DNA from: an uncultured Chloroflexia bacterium
Lineage (GTDB): Bacteria; Chloroflexota; Anaerolineae; JAAYZQ01
Direction of reading: 5' to 3'
DNA: 64,000 bases
Assembly: GCA_963700285.1 (NCBI GenBank)
Contig: CAVOXA010000001.1
Coordinates: 1,600,001 to 1,664,000, forward strand
In this document: one piece after another, positions 34,539-45,090 of the stretch
How the letters are laid out: the number at the start of each line of letters is the position of its first letter
Position numbering within the stretch: the stretch's first letter is position 1
Position numbers and translations under genes: made by a program
The notes under the pieces: model-generated
Databases searched by the model: none
The model's input: the letters and a program-made list of their open reading frames with translations, nothing else
Told to the model about the DNA's origin: nothing

Positions 34539-35759
34539 TCAATCTGGAGCGATAGCGCGTTTTCTATCTTCGGCCTTGGGTACCAGGAACCAAACCATTA
34601 CCGTGGCCAGAAAAAAGAGCCCCGCGGCCATCAGGAACGGCGCGCGCAACCCCAGCGTTGCCGCGACCGTCGCCCCGAGCATCGGCCCTACCGCGTTGGC
34701 CATGGCGACCACGCTGGCATCCAAACCATAGACTGCACCCTGGCGACCCTCGGGCGCCAAGGTCGCCATGAGGGCGCTAATGGAGGCCAGCACGCCGCTC
34801 ATCACCAGTCCCAGCATCCCTTGCAGCACGAGGAGCTGCCAGACATCGCTGACAAAGAACTGGGGCACATAGATCAGGGCGACGCCGGCAGTGCAGGCCA
34901 GCAGCACGCGACGATAGCCAATCCGGTCGCTAGCGCGGCCCAATGTCACGGCTCCAATGGCGCTCGTCCCTGCACTCACACCGGAGATGAGGCCTGTGAG
35001 AGACGCGATGCGCGCCGTGGATGGCACCAGACTCTGGATAAAGAGGGGCAGGATGGGACCCGTCAAGCGTGTGGCCATGCGCACGACGGCGCGGATGGTA
35101 AACAGGGAAAGGAGTGAACGGTTGTGTACCACCAGCCTGATCCCGTACCAAAAGCCGCTCTCTGGGCTGGATCCATCGCGGGTAGGTGGCGTAAAGTCCT
35201 CGTCAACAAATCGCCAGACGGTGATGCCTGCCAGAAAAAGCAGGCTGCCAGTCACCAGAAAGGCGACGCGATAGCCCCAGGTGTCGGCCAACACGCCGCC
35301 GACCAGTGGTCCCACCGACGCACCGGTCCAGACTGCCATCTGGAGCAGACCCAGGGCATAGCCCGATCGGTCGCGGGGTGCTGAACTGGCTACCAGTGTC
35401 GTAGCCGCTGGGACGGTTCCTGTGAGCATGCCCTGGATAACGCGCAGGATGACCAACTGCTGCACGTTCTGAACAAAGCCCATAGCCGCGATCACCACGG
35501 CCCCGCCGAACATGGCCCGCTGGACCATCAGCTTTCGCCCGTAGCGGTCGGCCAGGGAGCCCCAAATGGGTGCGAAAATGGCCATGGTCACGGATTGGGC
35601 GGCAATGACTATCGCTGACCACAACTCTATTTCGTGCAGTTTGGTGATGCCCAATTCCTGGACATAGTAGGGGATGAAGGGAAAGATTACCGAAAAACCT
35701 GCGATGGCCACCAGTTCGGCGAGCCAAATCACATAAAGGTTGCGTTTCCAAGTTTCCAA
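34539..35759 (-). CDS. MFS transporter (MdtG/DHA1-like)
   Basis: WKRNL start, GSLADRYGRK motif A, about 12 TM segments. Confidence 0.9.
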   Translation of the reverse strand: METWKRNLYVIWLAELVAIAGFSVIFPFIPYYVQELGITKLHEIELWSAIVIAAQSVTMAIFAPIWGSLADRYGRKLMVQRAMFGGAVVIAAMGFVQNVQQLVILRVIQGMLTGTVPAATTLVASSAPRDRSGYALGLLQMAVWTGASVGPLVGGVLADTWGYRVAFLVTGSLLFLAGITVWRFVDEDFTPPTRDGSSPESGFWYGIRLVVHNRSLLSLFTIRAVVRMATRLTGPILPLFIQSLVPSTARIASLTGLISGVSAGTSAIGAVTLGRASDRIGYRRVLLACTAGVALIYVPQFFVSDVWQLLVLQGMLGLVMSGVLASISALMATLAPEGRQGAVYGLDASVVAMANAVGPMLGATVAATLGLRAPFLMAAGLFFLATVMVWFLVPKAEDRKRAIAPD

Positions 35760-36125
35760 GTTCGGCCTCGATGCTCAACCCGCACCCGCTCGTGTTCCAG
35801 GCGGACGGGTGCAGGGGGCTCACGTCTTTGTGATAGCCTGGTGTCCAACTACGGGCTTGTGCGTCATCGTTGCCTCATTATAGCACCACCTGTCCTGGCT
35901 GCAAGCTTGAGCGGGGCAGGGACCGGATTGGGCCGTGAGCGACAATGCTTCCAGACCGCAGGTGCTGGGCCCGGGCAGGGTCTTTCCCCTGCAAGAGGCG
36001 AGACCTCCTCTCATCGAGGAACGTGGGGGACGGGCCTTCAGCCTCTTGCTGGCGATGGCTTGTTGTGCTATACTACTTGTATGGTTGACGGTATGGTCTC
36101 ACCCCAAGAGGCGTTGTCGAGGACG

Positions 36126-37340
36126 ATGAAGCCGAAACTACGTCAGGTCGAAGTCCAACCCATCCAGCATCAGGGTCAGCCCATGGTGCTGTTACGCGAT
36201 CCGTTGCATCTGTGCGACACGACTATCGCCATCCCGCGGGCGCTGGCGCCGGTGCTGGGGTTGATGGACGGCACCCGGGATGCAGCAGGACTCGATGCGG
36301 CATTGCAGGTGCGTGCCGGTGTGCGCCTGGCGCCGGGCCTGCTTGCCAAGCTACTGGCTGACCTGGACCAGGCATACCTCCTCGACAACCAGCGCTATGC
36401 CACCGCAAAGGCGGATCTGCTCCGTGCCTATCGGAGCGCGCCTTCCCGCCCGTCCAATCTGGCCAACGCCGGTTTTCCCTCGGACCCAGATCAGGTGGCT
36501 GCTCGCTTGCAGACTTGTGTGGATAGGCTGCCCCAGAAATCCTCTGGGCAAGGGGCAGGCACGATCCGGGGTCTCATCAGCCCCCACATCGACTATGAAC
36601 GCGGCGGGCCGGTGTACGCTGAAGTGTGGGCCGCAGCAGCCGAGGCGGTTCGCGAAGCCGAACTTGTCATCGTCCTGGGAACCGACCATCACGGCAGCGC
36701 GGGGACGCTGACCCTGACTCGCCAGTCCTATGCCACGCCCTGGGGCAGCTTGCCGACCAGCAGTGAGGTTGTCGGTGCGCTGGCCTGCGTCCTGGGAGAG
36801 GACGAGGTCTTTGCCGAGGAGCTTCATCACAAGGGTGAGCATTCGATTGAACTGGCGGCAGTGTGGCTCCATTTTATCCGGAACGGAGAACCTGTGCCCA
36901 TCGTCCCGATCTTGTGCGGACACTTTGGCGACTTTGTTTCGGGGCGAGCTGACCCAAGCGACTACCAGCCCTTTGCCGACGCGCTGGCACTGCTGCAAGA
37001 TGTCATGGCTTCGCGCCGGACGCTGGTCGTGGCCGCAGCCGACCTGGCGCACATGGGGCCAGCCTTTGGCGATCCCTACGGGCTGGACTACATCAGCCAG
37101 GCACGACTGCGGAATGCCGATGGGCGGCTGCTGGAGGCGGTCTACAGGGGCGACGCGGACGCTTTCTTTGAGCAGTTGAAGGCAGAGGGTGACCGGCGGC
37201 ACGTGTGTGGCCTGCCTCCCATTTATCTGGCCCTGCGCCTGCTGCAATCGAGCAGGGGGGAAGCGGCTGGTTACGACCTCTGTCCCGCCGATCCGCAGGG
37301 GATGTCGTTCGTGACCATCGCAGGTGTGACGCTCTGGTAA
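36126..37340 (+). CDS. MEMO1-family protein (AmmeMemoRadiSam protein B) with N-terminal extension
   Basis: ISPHIDY, GTDH, EHSIEL, ADLAHMG, VCG. Confidence 0.88.
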   Translation: MKPKLRQVEVQPIQHQGQPMVLLRDPLHLCDTTIAIPRALAPVLGLMDGTRDAAGLDAALQVRAGVRLAPGLLAKLLADLDQAYLLDNQRYATAKADLLRAYRSAPSRPSNLANAGFPSDPDQVAARLQTCVDRLPQKSSGQGAGTIRGLISPHIDYERGGPVYAEVWAAAAEAVREAELVIVLGTDHHGSAGTLTLTRQSYATPWGSLPTSSEVVGALACVLGEDEVFAEELHHKGEHSIELAAVWLHFIRNGEPVPIVPILCGHFGDFVSGRADPSDYQPFADALALLQDVMASRRTLVVAAADLAHMGPAFGDPYGLDYISQARLRNADGRLLEAVYRGDADAFFEQLKAEGDRRHVCGLPPIYLALRLLQSSRGEAAGYDLCPADPQGMSFVTIAGVTLW

Positions 37341-37483
37341 TGATAGCCGGGATCAGCGTATCGTGGCGGCCATTCATTCATGCTGATACGTCTGCTAAAC
37401 TGAGATGCGCACAAGCGCGCACTGCGAACGAAGGCACCCGGAAGGGATCTTGCCAGTCAGTATCTATCGTTTGAGGAGGAAAG

Positions 37484-38248
37484 ATGGGATTCGAGTTTGG
37501 GGGAAAAGTTGCCCTTGTTACGGGCTCTTCACGGGGGATTGGCCGAGCCATTGTACTGCAACTGGCCGAAGCAGGAGCAAGGGTCGTCGTCCACTACCAC
37601 CAGGACAGGCCGGCGGCGAACCGTACGCTGGCCGACCTGGCCGGCGACGGACACATGCTTGTTCAAGGGGACGTTTCAGATCCCATAGCTGTCCAGGAGA
37701 TGACCGAGTCGGTATTCCATCGTATGGGTCGGATCGATGTTCTGGTCAACAACGCTGGGATCTATGAGGATCACCCCATTGCCGAGGTGCCATACGAAAA
37801 GTGGCAAGGCGCTTGGGAAAAGATTCTGGCGACCAACCTCCTGGGACCGGCAAACTTGTCCTACTGTGTTGCGCAAAAGATGATAGAGACGGGCGGAGGC
37901 AGGATCGTCAATGTGTCTTCCAGGGGGGCATTTCGAGGGGAACCCAACGGTCCAGCCTATGGTGCCAGCAAAGCGGGCATGAACGCTATGAGCCAGTCCC
38001 TGGCCCAGGCGCTGGCTCCGCACAACGTTTTCGTCTACGTCGTTGCCCCTGGTTTTGTGGATACCGAAATGTCCACCTCAACGCTGGCGGGTCCCAAGGG
38101 CGACTCGATCCGCAACCAGAGCCCCCTGGGACGTGTGGCAAGGCCTGAAGAGGTGGCCCGTACTGTTGTATTCTTGGCATCAGAAGGGACAGAGTTTTTG
38201 ACCGGATGCATCATCGATGTGAATGGTGCATCCTATCTTCGAACCTGA
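37484..38248 (+). CDS. SDR-family oxidoreductase
   Basis: [17 protein letters not shown]. Confidence 0.93.
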   Translation: MGFEFGGKVALVTGSSRGIGRAIVLQLAEAGARVVVHYHQDRPAANRTLADLAGDGHMLVQGDVSDPIAVQEMTESVFHRMGRIDVLVNNAGIYEDHPIAEVPYEKWQGAWEKILATNLLGPANLSYCVAQKMIETGGGRIVNVSSRGAFRGEPNGPAYGASKAGMNAMSQSLAQALAPHNVFVYVVAPGFVDTEMSTSTLAGPKGDSIRNQSPLGRVARPEEVARTVVFLASEGTEFLTGCIIDVNGASYLRT

Positions 38249-38346
38249 TTGCGCGAGCCCTGCGTTGTGCCCACCGGTCATCGACTCGGGATCGGCCGGC
38301 GTGTATCGGAACGGCTCCGGTCACCTGTCGCCAGAGAGGAGTGGCC

Positions 38347-40317
38347 ATGACAGCTTTACCCATAACCCATTTGACGCTGTACAAGCATGGCGTTGGCTTT
38401 TTCGAGCGTCGCGCCAAACTGGACGGGGAGCAGGTCGAGATCTCTTTCCGGGTGGAGGAGATGAACGATGTTCTCAAGAGCCTGACGGCCATCGACTGGG
38501 GCGGGGGCCAGGTGCTGGGCATCGACTATGCGACGCCCACAAGTCGCGAGGAGCGGCTGGCCGGTTGTTCTATTCACCTGGCTGACCACCGGAGCTTTCG
38601 CGACCTGCTGGCCAGCCTGCGCGGGCGCCGGGTGCGCTTGCTTTTGGAACAGGAAGAAAAGGCTGCCGGAACCCTGCTGGGCCTTGATGAAGAGCTGGCG
38701 CCACAGCCACGCATTGCCTCACAACCGTTGGCTGCGCCCTTGGTTTCTCTACTGCTGGACGAGACGGACCAGGTCCAAAAGGTCGGCCTGCGGTTGGTGC
38801 AGGGCGTGGAAATCTTGGATGAGCGCGGGGCGAATGACCTCCGTTTCTTTCTGCGGACAGCTCTCACCCAGGAAGAATACCGGCAGGTGACCATCCGCCT
38901 CACGCCGGGGGAGCATGACCTCTCGGTCAGCTATATTGCTCCAGCGCCGACATGGCGGGTAAGCTATCGCCTGGTGGCGGGAGAGGCCACGGCAGGCACC
39001 AAGGGCAACGAGGGCAGCGCGCTGCTCCTGGGCTGGGGCATCTTTGACAACCGGTTGGAGGAGGACCTGGAGGGTATCTCATTGTCGCTCGTGGCAGGGA
39101 TGCCTATCTCTTTTGTCTACGACCTCTACACACCGTACACGCCGGAACGACCGGTGGTTCAGGAGGAAGGTCGCGTAGCGGCTGCTCCAGTGGAGTTTGA
39201 CAAAGCAGTCAAAGGGGACATGCTCCGCTCCATGGCAATGAGGGACGAGCCTTCGATGGCCATGGGGGCGGCGATGGGGCCAGCAGCCCAGCATACCCGC
39301 GGCGCCATGAGTCGTGAGGCGCTGGAACAAGCCGCCCCGGTGGCGGCGATGGGCAAAGATCTGGGCCAGTTGTTCCAGTACGCCATCACCACGCCGGTGA
39401 CGGCGGGCCGGGGCCAGTCGGCCATGGTGCCCATCGTCTCCTCGGATCTGCCTTGCCGCAAAGATCTGCTCTACAACGGATCCAAGCTGGCAGAGCACCC
39501 CGTCGCTACGCTGCGGCTAGAAAACGAAACAGGTCTGACCCTGGAGCGCGGACCGGTGACAGTAATCGACGGCGGCGAGTACGTCGGTGAGGCATTGCTG
39601 CCCTTTACGGCGCCTGGCGGCGAGCTCATAGTACCCCATGCCGTGGAGTTGGGCATCACGGTCCGGGAAGAGGTTGGTTCCAGCCAGCAGATTCATGGTC
39701 TCCGGGTCCGGGGAACTTTTCTGCGCGTCGAGGAGTGGGACGTCCGTTTTCGGGACTACCAACTCAACAACGGAACGGCAGAGTCCATGACGGTGCTGCT
39801 AGAACATCCACGCACGGCCGGCTATGACCTATTCGATACGCCGGTACCCGAGGAGCGAACCAGCGAGGTTCTTCGATTTGCTGTCGCCGTTCCGGCCATG
39901 GGTGAGAGCAGTCTGCGGGTTCAGGAGCGCAGGCTGGTGAGCAGGCGGGAGGAACTGCGCAAGCAGTCGTACAGGGGCCTGCAGCACTATCTGGGCCAAG
40001 GACTGATAGACATTGAGACCCACGCCCAGGTGGCTGAACTCCTGGGCCTTTGGGAGCGCGTCTCAGACAACGAGCACTCCCTGAAAGAAACCGAGCAGGA
40101 GCGTCAAAAGATCTTTGGCGTTCAGCAGCAGATACAGGGGAATATGGGCGCACTGTCAGCGACAGGCAAAGAGGGAGCGCTGCGCGCGCGCTACGTGGAA
40201 CAGCTTGAGGCCAGCGAGGTTGAGTTACGCGCACTAGAGGCCCGGGAATCGGGTCTTCAGGAGGAGATTGAGAGACTCAAAAGGCTGATCCGCGACCGGA
40301 TTCAGGCACTGGCATAG
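38347..40317 (+). CDS. DUF4139-like protein with C-terminal coiled coil
   Basis: LYKHGVGFFER, MNDVLKSL, PTWRVSYRL, GQSAMVPI. Confidence 0.75.
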   Translation: MTALPITHLTLYKHGVGFFERRAKLDGEQVEISFRVEEMNDVLKSLTAIDWGGGQVLGIDYATPTSREERLAGCSIHLADHRSFRDLLASLRGRRVRLLLEQEEKAAGTLLGLDEELAPQPRIASQPLAAPLVSLLLDETDQVQKVGLRLVQGVEILDERGANDLRFFLRTALTQEEYRQVTIRLTPGEHDLSVSYIAPAPTWRVSYRLVAGEATAGTKGNEGSALLLGWGIFDNRLEEDLEGISLSLVAGMPISFVYDLYTPYTPERPVVQEEGRVAAAPVEFDKAVKGDMLRSMAMRDEPSMAMGAAMGPAAQHTRGAMSREALEQAAPVAAMGKDLGQLFQYAITTPVTAGRGQSAMVPIVSSDLPCRKDLLYNGSKLAEHPVATLRLENETGLTLERGPVTVIDGGEYVGEALLPFTAPGGELIVPHAVELGITVREEVGSSQQIHGLRVRGTFLRVEEWDVRFRDYQLNNGTAESMTVLLEHPRTAGYDLFDTPVPEERTSEVLRFAVAVPAMGESSLRVQERRLVSRREELRKQSYRGLQHYLGQGLIDIETHAQVAELLGLWERVSDNEHSLKETEQERQKIFGVQQQIQGNMGALSATGKEGALRARYVEQLEASEVELRALEARESGLQEEIERLKRLIRDRIQALA

Positions 40318-40377
40318 GCAACGGACGAGTAGACAAGGAGCAATTCCTTGCCTACTCGATGGTCTGCACGCTGCCAG

Positions 40378-40914
40378 CTACAGGGTTGCCTCGGCGAGCA
40401 TGTCCAGCAGGCCCTGGCGCTTTTCAGCATATTGGTCATCATCAAACAGCGGAGTACAGGATTCAGCGCCGGCTTCGCCAACCGTCAGCTTGCTGGCAAA
40501 GGCAAAGCAGGTGGGCGCGCCGCAGAGCTTGCAGTTGGTCTGAGGCAGAAGCTGATAGATCTCCATGGCCACCAATCGCTTGCGCGGTGTGGTCAGGGGA
40601 TCCAGGTTCTCTCGATCCATCCAGATGCGGTTTACCTCGGCCAGGATCTTTTCCATCTCAATGGTGGCCGAGTCCCGGTCGGGCAGGTTGCTGATGGTGA
40701 TCTCGTGGGTCTTGAGAGCAACGGCTCGATCCTCAAACCGGAACGTGATCTGCTTGGCGCCAGGGCTATAGATGGCATCTTTCCATTGGGCATTGAGGTA
40801 CGGGAATACGTCGCTGATGTCGTCTTGAAAGCGGGCTGTGGCATTCCAGTACTCGGCGCCCGGCTCGCAGGCCGGCGCCTCCAGGTGCAGATCGTAGTCT
40901 TTTGCGATGAACAC
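40378..40914 (-). CDS. Fe-S-binding protein (C-terminal LPxxNCxxCGxxxC domain)
   Basis: GGGAGG RBS before GTG; DVFPYLNA; LLPQTNCKLCGAPTCFAFA..C. Confidence 0.85.
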   Translation of the reverse strand: MFIAKDYDLHLEAPACEPGAEYWNATARFQDDISDVFPYLNAQWKDAIYSPGAKQITFRFEDRAVALKTHEITISNLPDRDSATIEMEKILAEVNRIWMDRENLDPLTTPRKRLVAMEIYQLLPQTNCKLCGAPTCFAFASKLTVGEAGAESCTPLFDDDQYAEKRQGLLDMLAEATL

Positions 40915-41284
40915 GGCATGTACCTCCCAATTGTCTGATGGTTTCCCCAAGCGTATCGCGCACGCAAAAAGTGTACCATGCACCGATGTGAATGTCAAGA
41001 ACATAACTGTACCTATCCGAAGAGGCTCGAGTCCCGCTCTTGGGCGACCTGTACCCCTGGGCTCTGGGCTTCGAGAGAGATTTCGGGGGTTCCAATCTGC
41101 ACCAGGGCCTGCTGCGGTTGGCCGGCGCCGTACCATCGTCAAGACCTGCTTGCAGGGTATCAAGAGGCCCCAGCCAGCAACCGGCTGAGGCCTCTGTTTT
41201 TTCTGCTTGGGCGGAGATTGCTGCCTTTCGGCAAAAATCGCCTTCACACGCAATGACTATGCGGCGAGGCTCTTGTGTCCAGAT

Positions 41285-43168
41285 CTAGAGCAGGCCATCG
41301 AGTTCCAGGTTGTGCAGGCACGCCTCCGTAGGTTCGCCGGTCTCCGGATCCCACTGCATCATCTCAAAGAAGCGGCTTCTGGCCCAGGCCAGCGCCTCAT
41401 CCGTGATCTCGCTGCCCTCCAGCGGCCCGCTCTCAAAAGCCGTCATCACGCGCCTGGGAAGCTTGTCGTCGGCGACGGAAAGCCCCTCGCGCAGGTTAAA
41501 GAGGCGCGCCAGCGTCTGAGCCCGCGCTCCGACGGCCAGAACGTCGTGGATGCCATACTCGATCCCGCTTACCCCGGACAGTGCCTCGGCCAGGTGCGCA
41601 TAGTCGTAGCAGTAAAAGTGACAGTTGCAGGCGCAGTCCTGGAAGTGCATCCAGTTCACCTCGTGGTAGAAAATCTGCATCTTGTCCTCGTTCAACACGT
41701 CCTTGGGCAGGGGCGCTATTGGGGTTTCCACCGCTGAGTTCACCCGTCGCAAGAATCGACCATCGGAAGCGTAAGAGGGGTCGTGGATGTTCACCATGTG
41801 GTCCGCGCCTATGGGAGAAACTGCATAGCCGACGCCCAGTCCGTGCTTGTGGCGCGGCTCGTGCATGGGAAATTCCTGTCCCTTCACGGTCACGTTGAAC
41901 GGTTCCGTTTCTGGCCCAAAGCGGGTGCTCATCCGATCCACTCCCTCGGCCATGACGTCGCCAAACCCCTCCCGTTTGCCGATCATCTCCATGGAGCGTA
42001 CCACAATGTCGCCGTCTCCCCACCGGTACTCCAGTCCGCCGGTGTCCGTACTACTCAGAAACCCGTTCTCAAAGCATTCCATGACAAAGGCGATGGACAT
42101 GCCGGCCGAGATGCAGTCCAGACCGTAGGCATTGGCCAATTCGTTGGCCTTGAGCACAGCTAGGTTGTCGTGCACGTCACAGGCGGAACCAAGGGCGCCC
42201 ATGGCCTCGTACTCTGCGCCGCCGTATCGGGGGTCGAGGCTTCGGAACGGATCCTCGTCTTCATTCTCAAAGACCTGCTTGCAGTGTACGGGGCAACCCA
42301 TGCAGGTATCGCGCCCCTTGAGGAACATCTCATAGTTCCGTTCGCCGCTAAGCGATTCAGGATTCTCAAAAAGGGCCTGACCAAAGTTACGCGTCGGCAG
42401 GTTGCCGACAAAGGCGTTGTTCATCACCGCGTCCTGGGTGCCGCGGCCCAGACCTTCAGTTGCCCAGGCCATGAGATCTTTATAATTGTCAGCTAGCCAC
42501 TTGGCCACGGCGGTAACCCGCTTGCGGTCGGCGATGGGCAACTGCTGGGTACCGCGTACGGCCACAGCCTTGAGGTTCTTGGAGCCCATAACTGCGCCCA
42601 GGCCGTTGCGACCAGCCGCTCGGTTGATGTCGTGCATGACGGCGGCGTAGCGCACCAGATTCTCGCCGCCGGGACCAATCTGGGCCACGCGTACCCGCTC
42701 ATCTCCCAACTCCTGGCGGATGGCTTCCTCAGTGGGAGCCGTCAGCAAACCCCACAGGTGCCCTGCGGGCCGGATCTCGACTTTGCCATCCTTGATCCAG
42801 AGGTAGACGGGCAGCTCGGCCTGGCCCCGGATCACCAGCGCATCAAAGCCAGCTCGCTTGAACTCGTGCCCCCACCAACCCCCCACCTCCGAACTGCCGG
42901 CGCCGCCGGTGAGGGGTGACTTGCCACCCACTCCGTGACGGCCGGCGCCCGGGAGGTTGCTTCCCTGCATGATACCAGGGGCAAAAATGAGCAGGTTGTC
43001 AGGGCCTAGGGGGTCCGCTAGCGGCGGCATGTCGCGCAGCATCAGGTAGGTGGACAATGCCCGCCCGCCAACCAGCAGTCGGTAAAAGTCCTCGCCCGGT
43101 TCCTCGATGTGGGTTTTGCCTGAGGTCAGATCGACGTGCAGGATCTTGCCGTTTGTACCACCAATCAT
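41285..43168 (-). CDS. Tungsten-type aldehyde:ferredoxin oxidoreductase family protein
   Basis: KSPLTG, GRNGLGAVMGSKNLKAV, CMGCPVHC, EYE, GLDCIS. Confidence 0.93.
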   Translation of the reverse strand: MIGGTNGKILHVDLTSGKTHIEEPGEDFYRLLVGGRALSTYLMLRDMPPLADPLGPDNLLIFAPGIMQGSNLPGAGRHGVGGKSPLTGGAGSSEVGGWWGHEFKRAGFDALVIRGQAELPVYLWIKDGKVEIRPAGHLWGLLTAPTEEAIRQELGDERVRVAQIGPGGENLVRYAAVMHDINRAAGRNGLGAVMGSKNLKAVAVRGTQQLPIADRKRVTAVAKWLADNYKDLMAWATEGLGRGTQDAVMNNAFVGNLPTRNFGQALFENPESLSGERNYEMFLKGRDTCMGCPVHCKQVFENEDEDPFRSLDPRYGGAEYEAMGALGSACDVHDNLAVLKANELANAYGLDCISAGMSIAFVMECFENGFLSSTDTGGLEYRWGDGDIVVRSMEMIGKREGFGDVMAEGVDRMSTRFGPETEPFNVTVKGQEFPMHEPRHKHGLGVGYAVSPIGADHMVNIHDPSYASDGRFLRRVNSAVETPIAPLPKDVLNEDKMQIFYHEVNWMHFQDCACNCHFYCYDYAHLAEALSGVSGIEYGIHDVLAVGARAQTLARLFNLREGLSVADDKLPRRVMTAFESGPLEGSEITDEALAWARSRFFEMMQWDPETGEPTEACLHNLELDGLL

Positions 43169-43479
43169 TGTCAATTACCCTTTCTATGAGCTTCGATACT
43201 ATCCAAAAATGTTGTCACCAGGGAGATTGCCAGAGTTACGGAAAAAGAGTGCCAAAGGACCCCGTCGACATCAAGGGCCCGGTGGTTGCTGTGCTTCAAG
43301 TCCGGCTATTGCAGTACGCTCCAGGGTTGTACCTTGTGTAACTGGACCCTTGGTTTATACACTGAACCGGACAAACAGTCAAATTGCAGTCAAAGTTAGC
43401 CTTGGCTGGAGCGTATGAGAAGGTCGTGGGCGGTGAGGCGCCGACCTTGATCTCATCCTACCACCCTGTTGCGGCGAGG

Positions 43480-43686
43480 CGGGTTGGACGTCCAAGGATC
43501 GTACGCCTGCCCGCGTATTCAGCGATAGGCATGAAAACCCCGGTGGTAGTTCATGCCCGGCGCCCGGTAGAGGTAGCAGTCCGAGATCAGGCCGCAGACC
43601 TAGCCTTCGGCGTGCAGGATCTCGGCGGCTGTGACGTCCTCTCGGGCCAGCGGCTGCCATGAACGGAAAGGCAGTGTGTGCTGGCC
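43480..43686 (-). pseudogene. Sulfatase-family gene remnant
   Basis: Manual translation GQHTLPFRSWQPLAREDVTAAEILHAEG*VCGLISDCYLYRAPGMNYHRGFHAYR*IRGQAYDPW with two in-frame stops. Confidence 0.6.
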
Positions 43687-43743
43687 AAGGGAAACCTGAT
43701 TCTGACCTTGGCACGTTAGGCATGGTCGGAAGGCGTGGTCTGA

Positions 43744-45090
43744 CTACAGCAGGGCCAGAGTGAAGGGACGCTCGACGAGCTGCTTCACACGCTGCAAGAA
43801 GCGTGCCGCAGGCGCCCCGTCGATGAGGCGGTGGTCGAAGGACAGGCTCAAGGTCACCGTGTCCCGGACCACGACCTCGCGGCCCACGGCCACCGGCTTG
43901 GCCAGAATGCGGCCCACGCCCAGTATGGCGCTCTCCGGCGGGTTGATGATGGGCGTAAAGCCGTCGATCTCGAACATCCCCAGGTTGGTGATGGTAAAGG
44001 TGCCACCGGTCAGGTCGTCAGGCAGGCTTCTGCTGTCCAAAGCACGTCCGACAAGAACTTGAAGGCTTTGCTGGATCTCGATGAGGCTTTTGTCCGGCGC
44101 GTTGCGTATGACCGGCACCATTAGCCCGCGCTCAGTGTCTACGGCGACTCCCACGTTGACCTGAGGTAGCTCCTCGATGCCTGCTTGGGTGAAGCGTACG
44201 TTGACAAAGGGATACTCGGTCAAGGCGCGGGCGACGAGGGCGACCAGAAAGGCATCGTAGGAGACCTTTCGCTCCAGCTCGGCGATGGCCTGCTGGCGGG
44301 CGCTGACCAGGTTGGTGGCATCCGCTTCCGTGGTCAATGTGACGTGCGGCCGTTCCTGCCAACTGGACGACAGGCGTTCGGCGATGACAGCCCGCAGGCT
44401 CGACATGGGTTTGATGGAAACTGGTGCACCTACGCCAAGGGCTGGTTCTCCAGGCATTCCCTCTCGGGCGCGCTCGATGTCCTGGCGCATGATCCGCCCA
44501 CCGGGGCCAGTACCGGTGATGGCAGCAAGGTCCACATCATTCTGCGCTGCCAGTCTGCGGGCGATGGGTGTCGCCCTGATCTCTGGCTTGTCGGCTGCAG
44601 CGCGCTGGACATCGGCCACGACGATCATGTCTCGGGGGCCAGTTCCGGTGAGGGCATTCAGGGCGATACCGAGATCTCGGGCCAGTGCGCGGGCCTTGGG
44701 TGAGGCGCGCTGTGCGGCGGATCGTAGGTGATGCGTGCTGCGCGACGCCAGCGCCGCACCTTGAGACTCATGAACGCCGGGCGCGCCTCCAGCCTGCAAA
44801 GTCGCAGCGGGTGGGTGGGGTGCAGTTGCCAAAACCGGTTCGCCGCTGGCCAACACGGCTATGGGCTCCAGCACCGGAACGGTCTCGCCCTCGGGGATCA
44901 GGATGTGGAGAACGCCACTAGCCGGGGCCTCGATCTCGAGGGTCACCTTTTCGGTCTCGATGATGAGGAGGATCTCTCCGGCCTCGACCCGTTCGCCTTC
45001 TCCCCTGCGCCACTCCAGGATAGTAGCCTCAGTCATAGTCAGGCCCAATTTTGGCATGACCATCTGCTGGCCCTCTTCAGAACCTGTCAT
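43744..45090 (-). CDS. Dihydrolipoamide acyltransferase (E2)
   Basis: MPKLG..ETEKV lipoyl domain; two subunit-binding domains (GTGP.G); PIINPP; SFDHRLIDG. Confidence 0.94.
   Translation of the reverse strand: MTGSEEGQQMVMPKLGLTMTEATILEWRRGEGERVEAGEILLIIETEKVTLEIEAPASGVLHILIPEGETVPVLEPIAVLASGEPVLATAPHPPAATLQAGGAPGVHESQGAALASRSTHHLRSAAQRASPKARALARDLGIALNALTGTGPRDMIVVADVQRAAADKPEIRATPIARRLAAQNDVDLAAITGTGPGGRIMRQDIERAREGMPGEPALGVGAPVSIKPMSSLRAVIAERLSSSWQERPHVTLTTEADATNLVSARQQAIAELERKVSYDAFLVALVARALTEYPFVNVRFTQAGIEELPQVNVGVAVDTERGLMVPVIRNAPDKSLIEIQQSLQVLVGRALDSRSLPDDLTGGTFTITNLGMFEIDGFTPIINPPESAILGVGRILAKPVAVGREVVVRDTVTLSLSFDHRLIDGAPAARFLQRVKQLVERPFTLALL

Noticed and set aside
36126-37340. Complete AmmeMemoRadiSam system
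   Set aside because: Only the MEMO component is present; no AMMECR1 or radical SAM gene lies in the window
43480-43686. Sec/Pyl or stop-codon recoding at the TGA and TAG
   Set aside because: The fragment is truncated at both ends, the stops are single-base changes from Trp/Tyr codons, and neighbouring genes use TGA and TAG as normal stops
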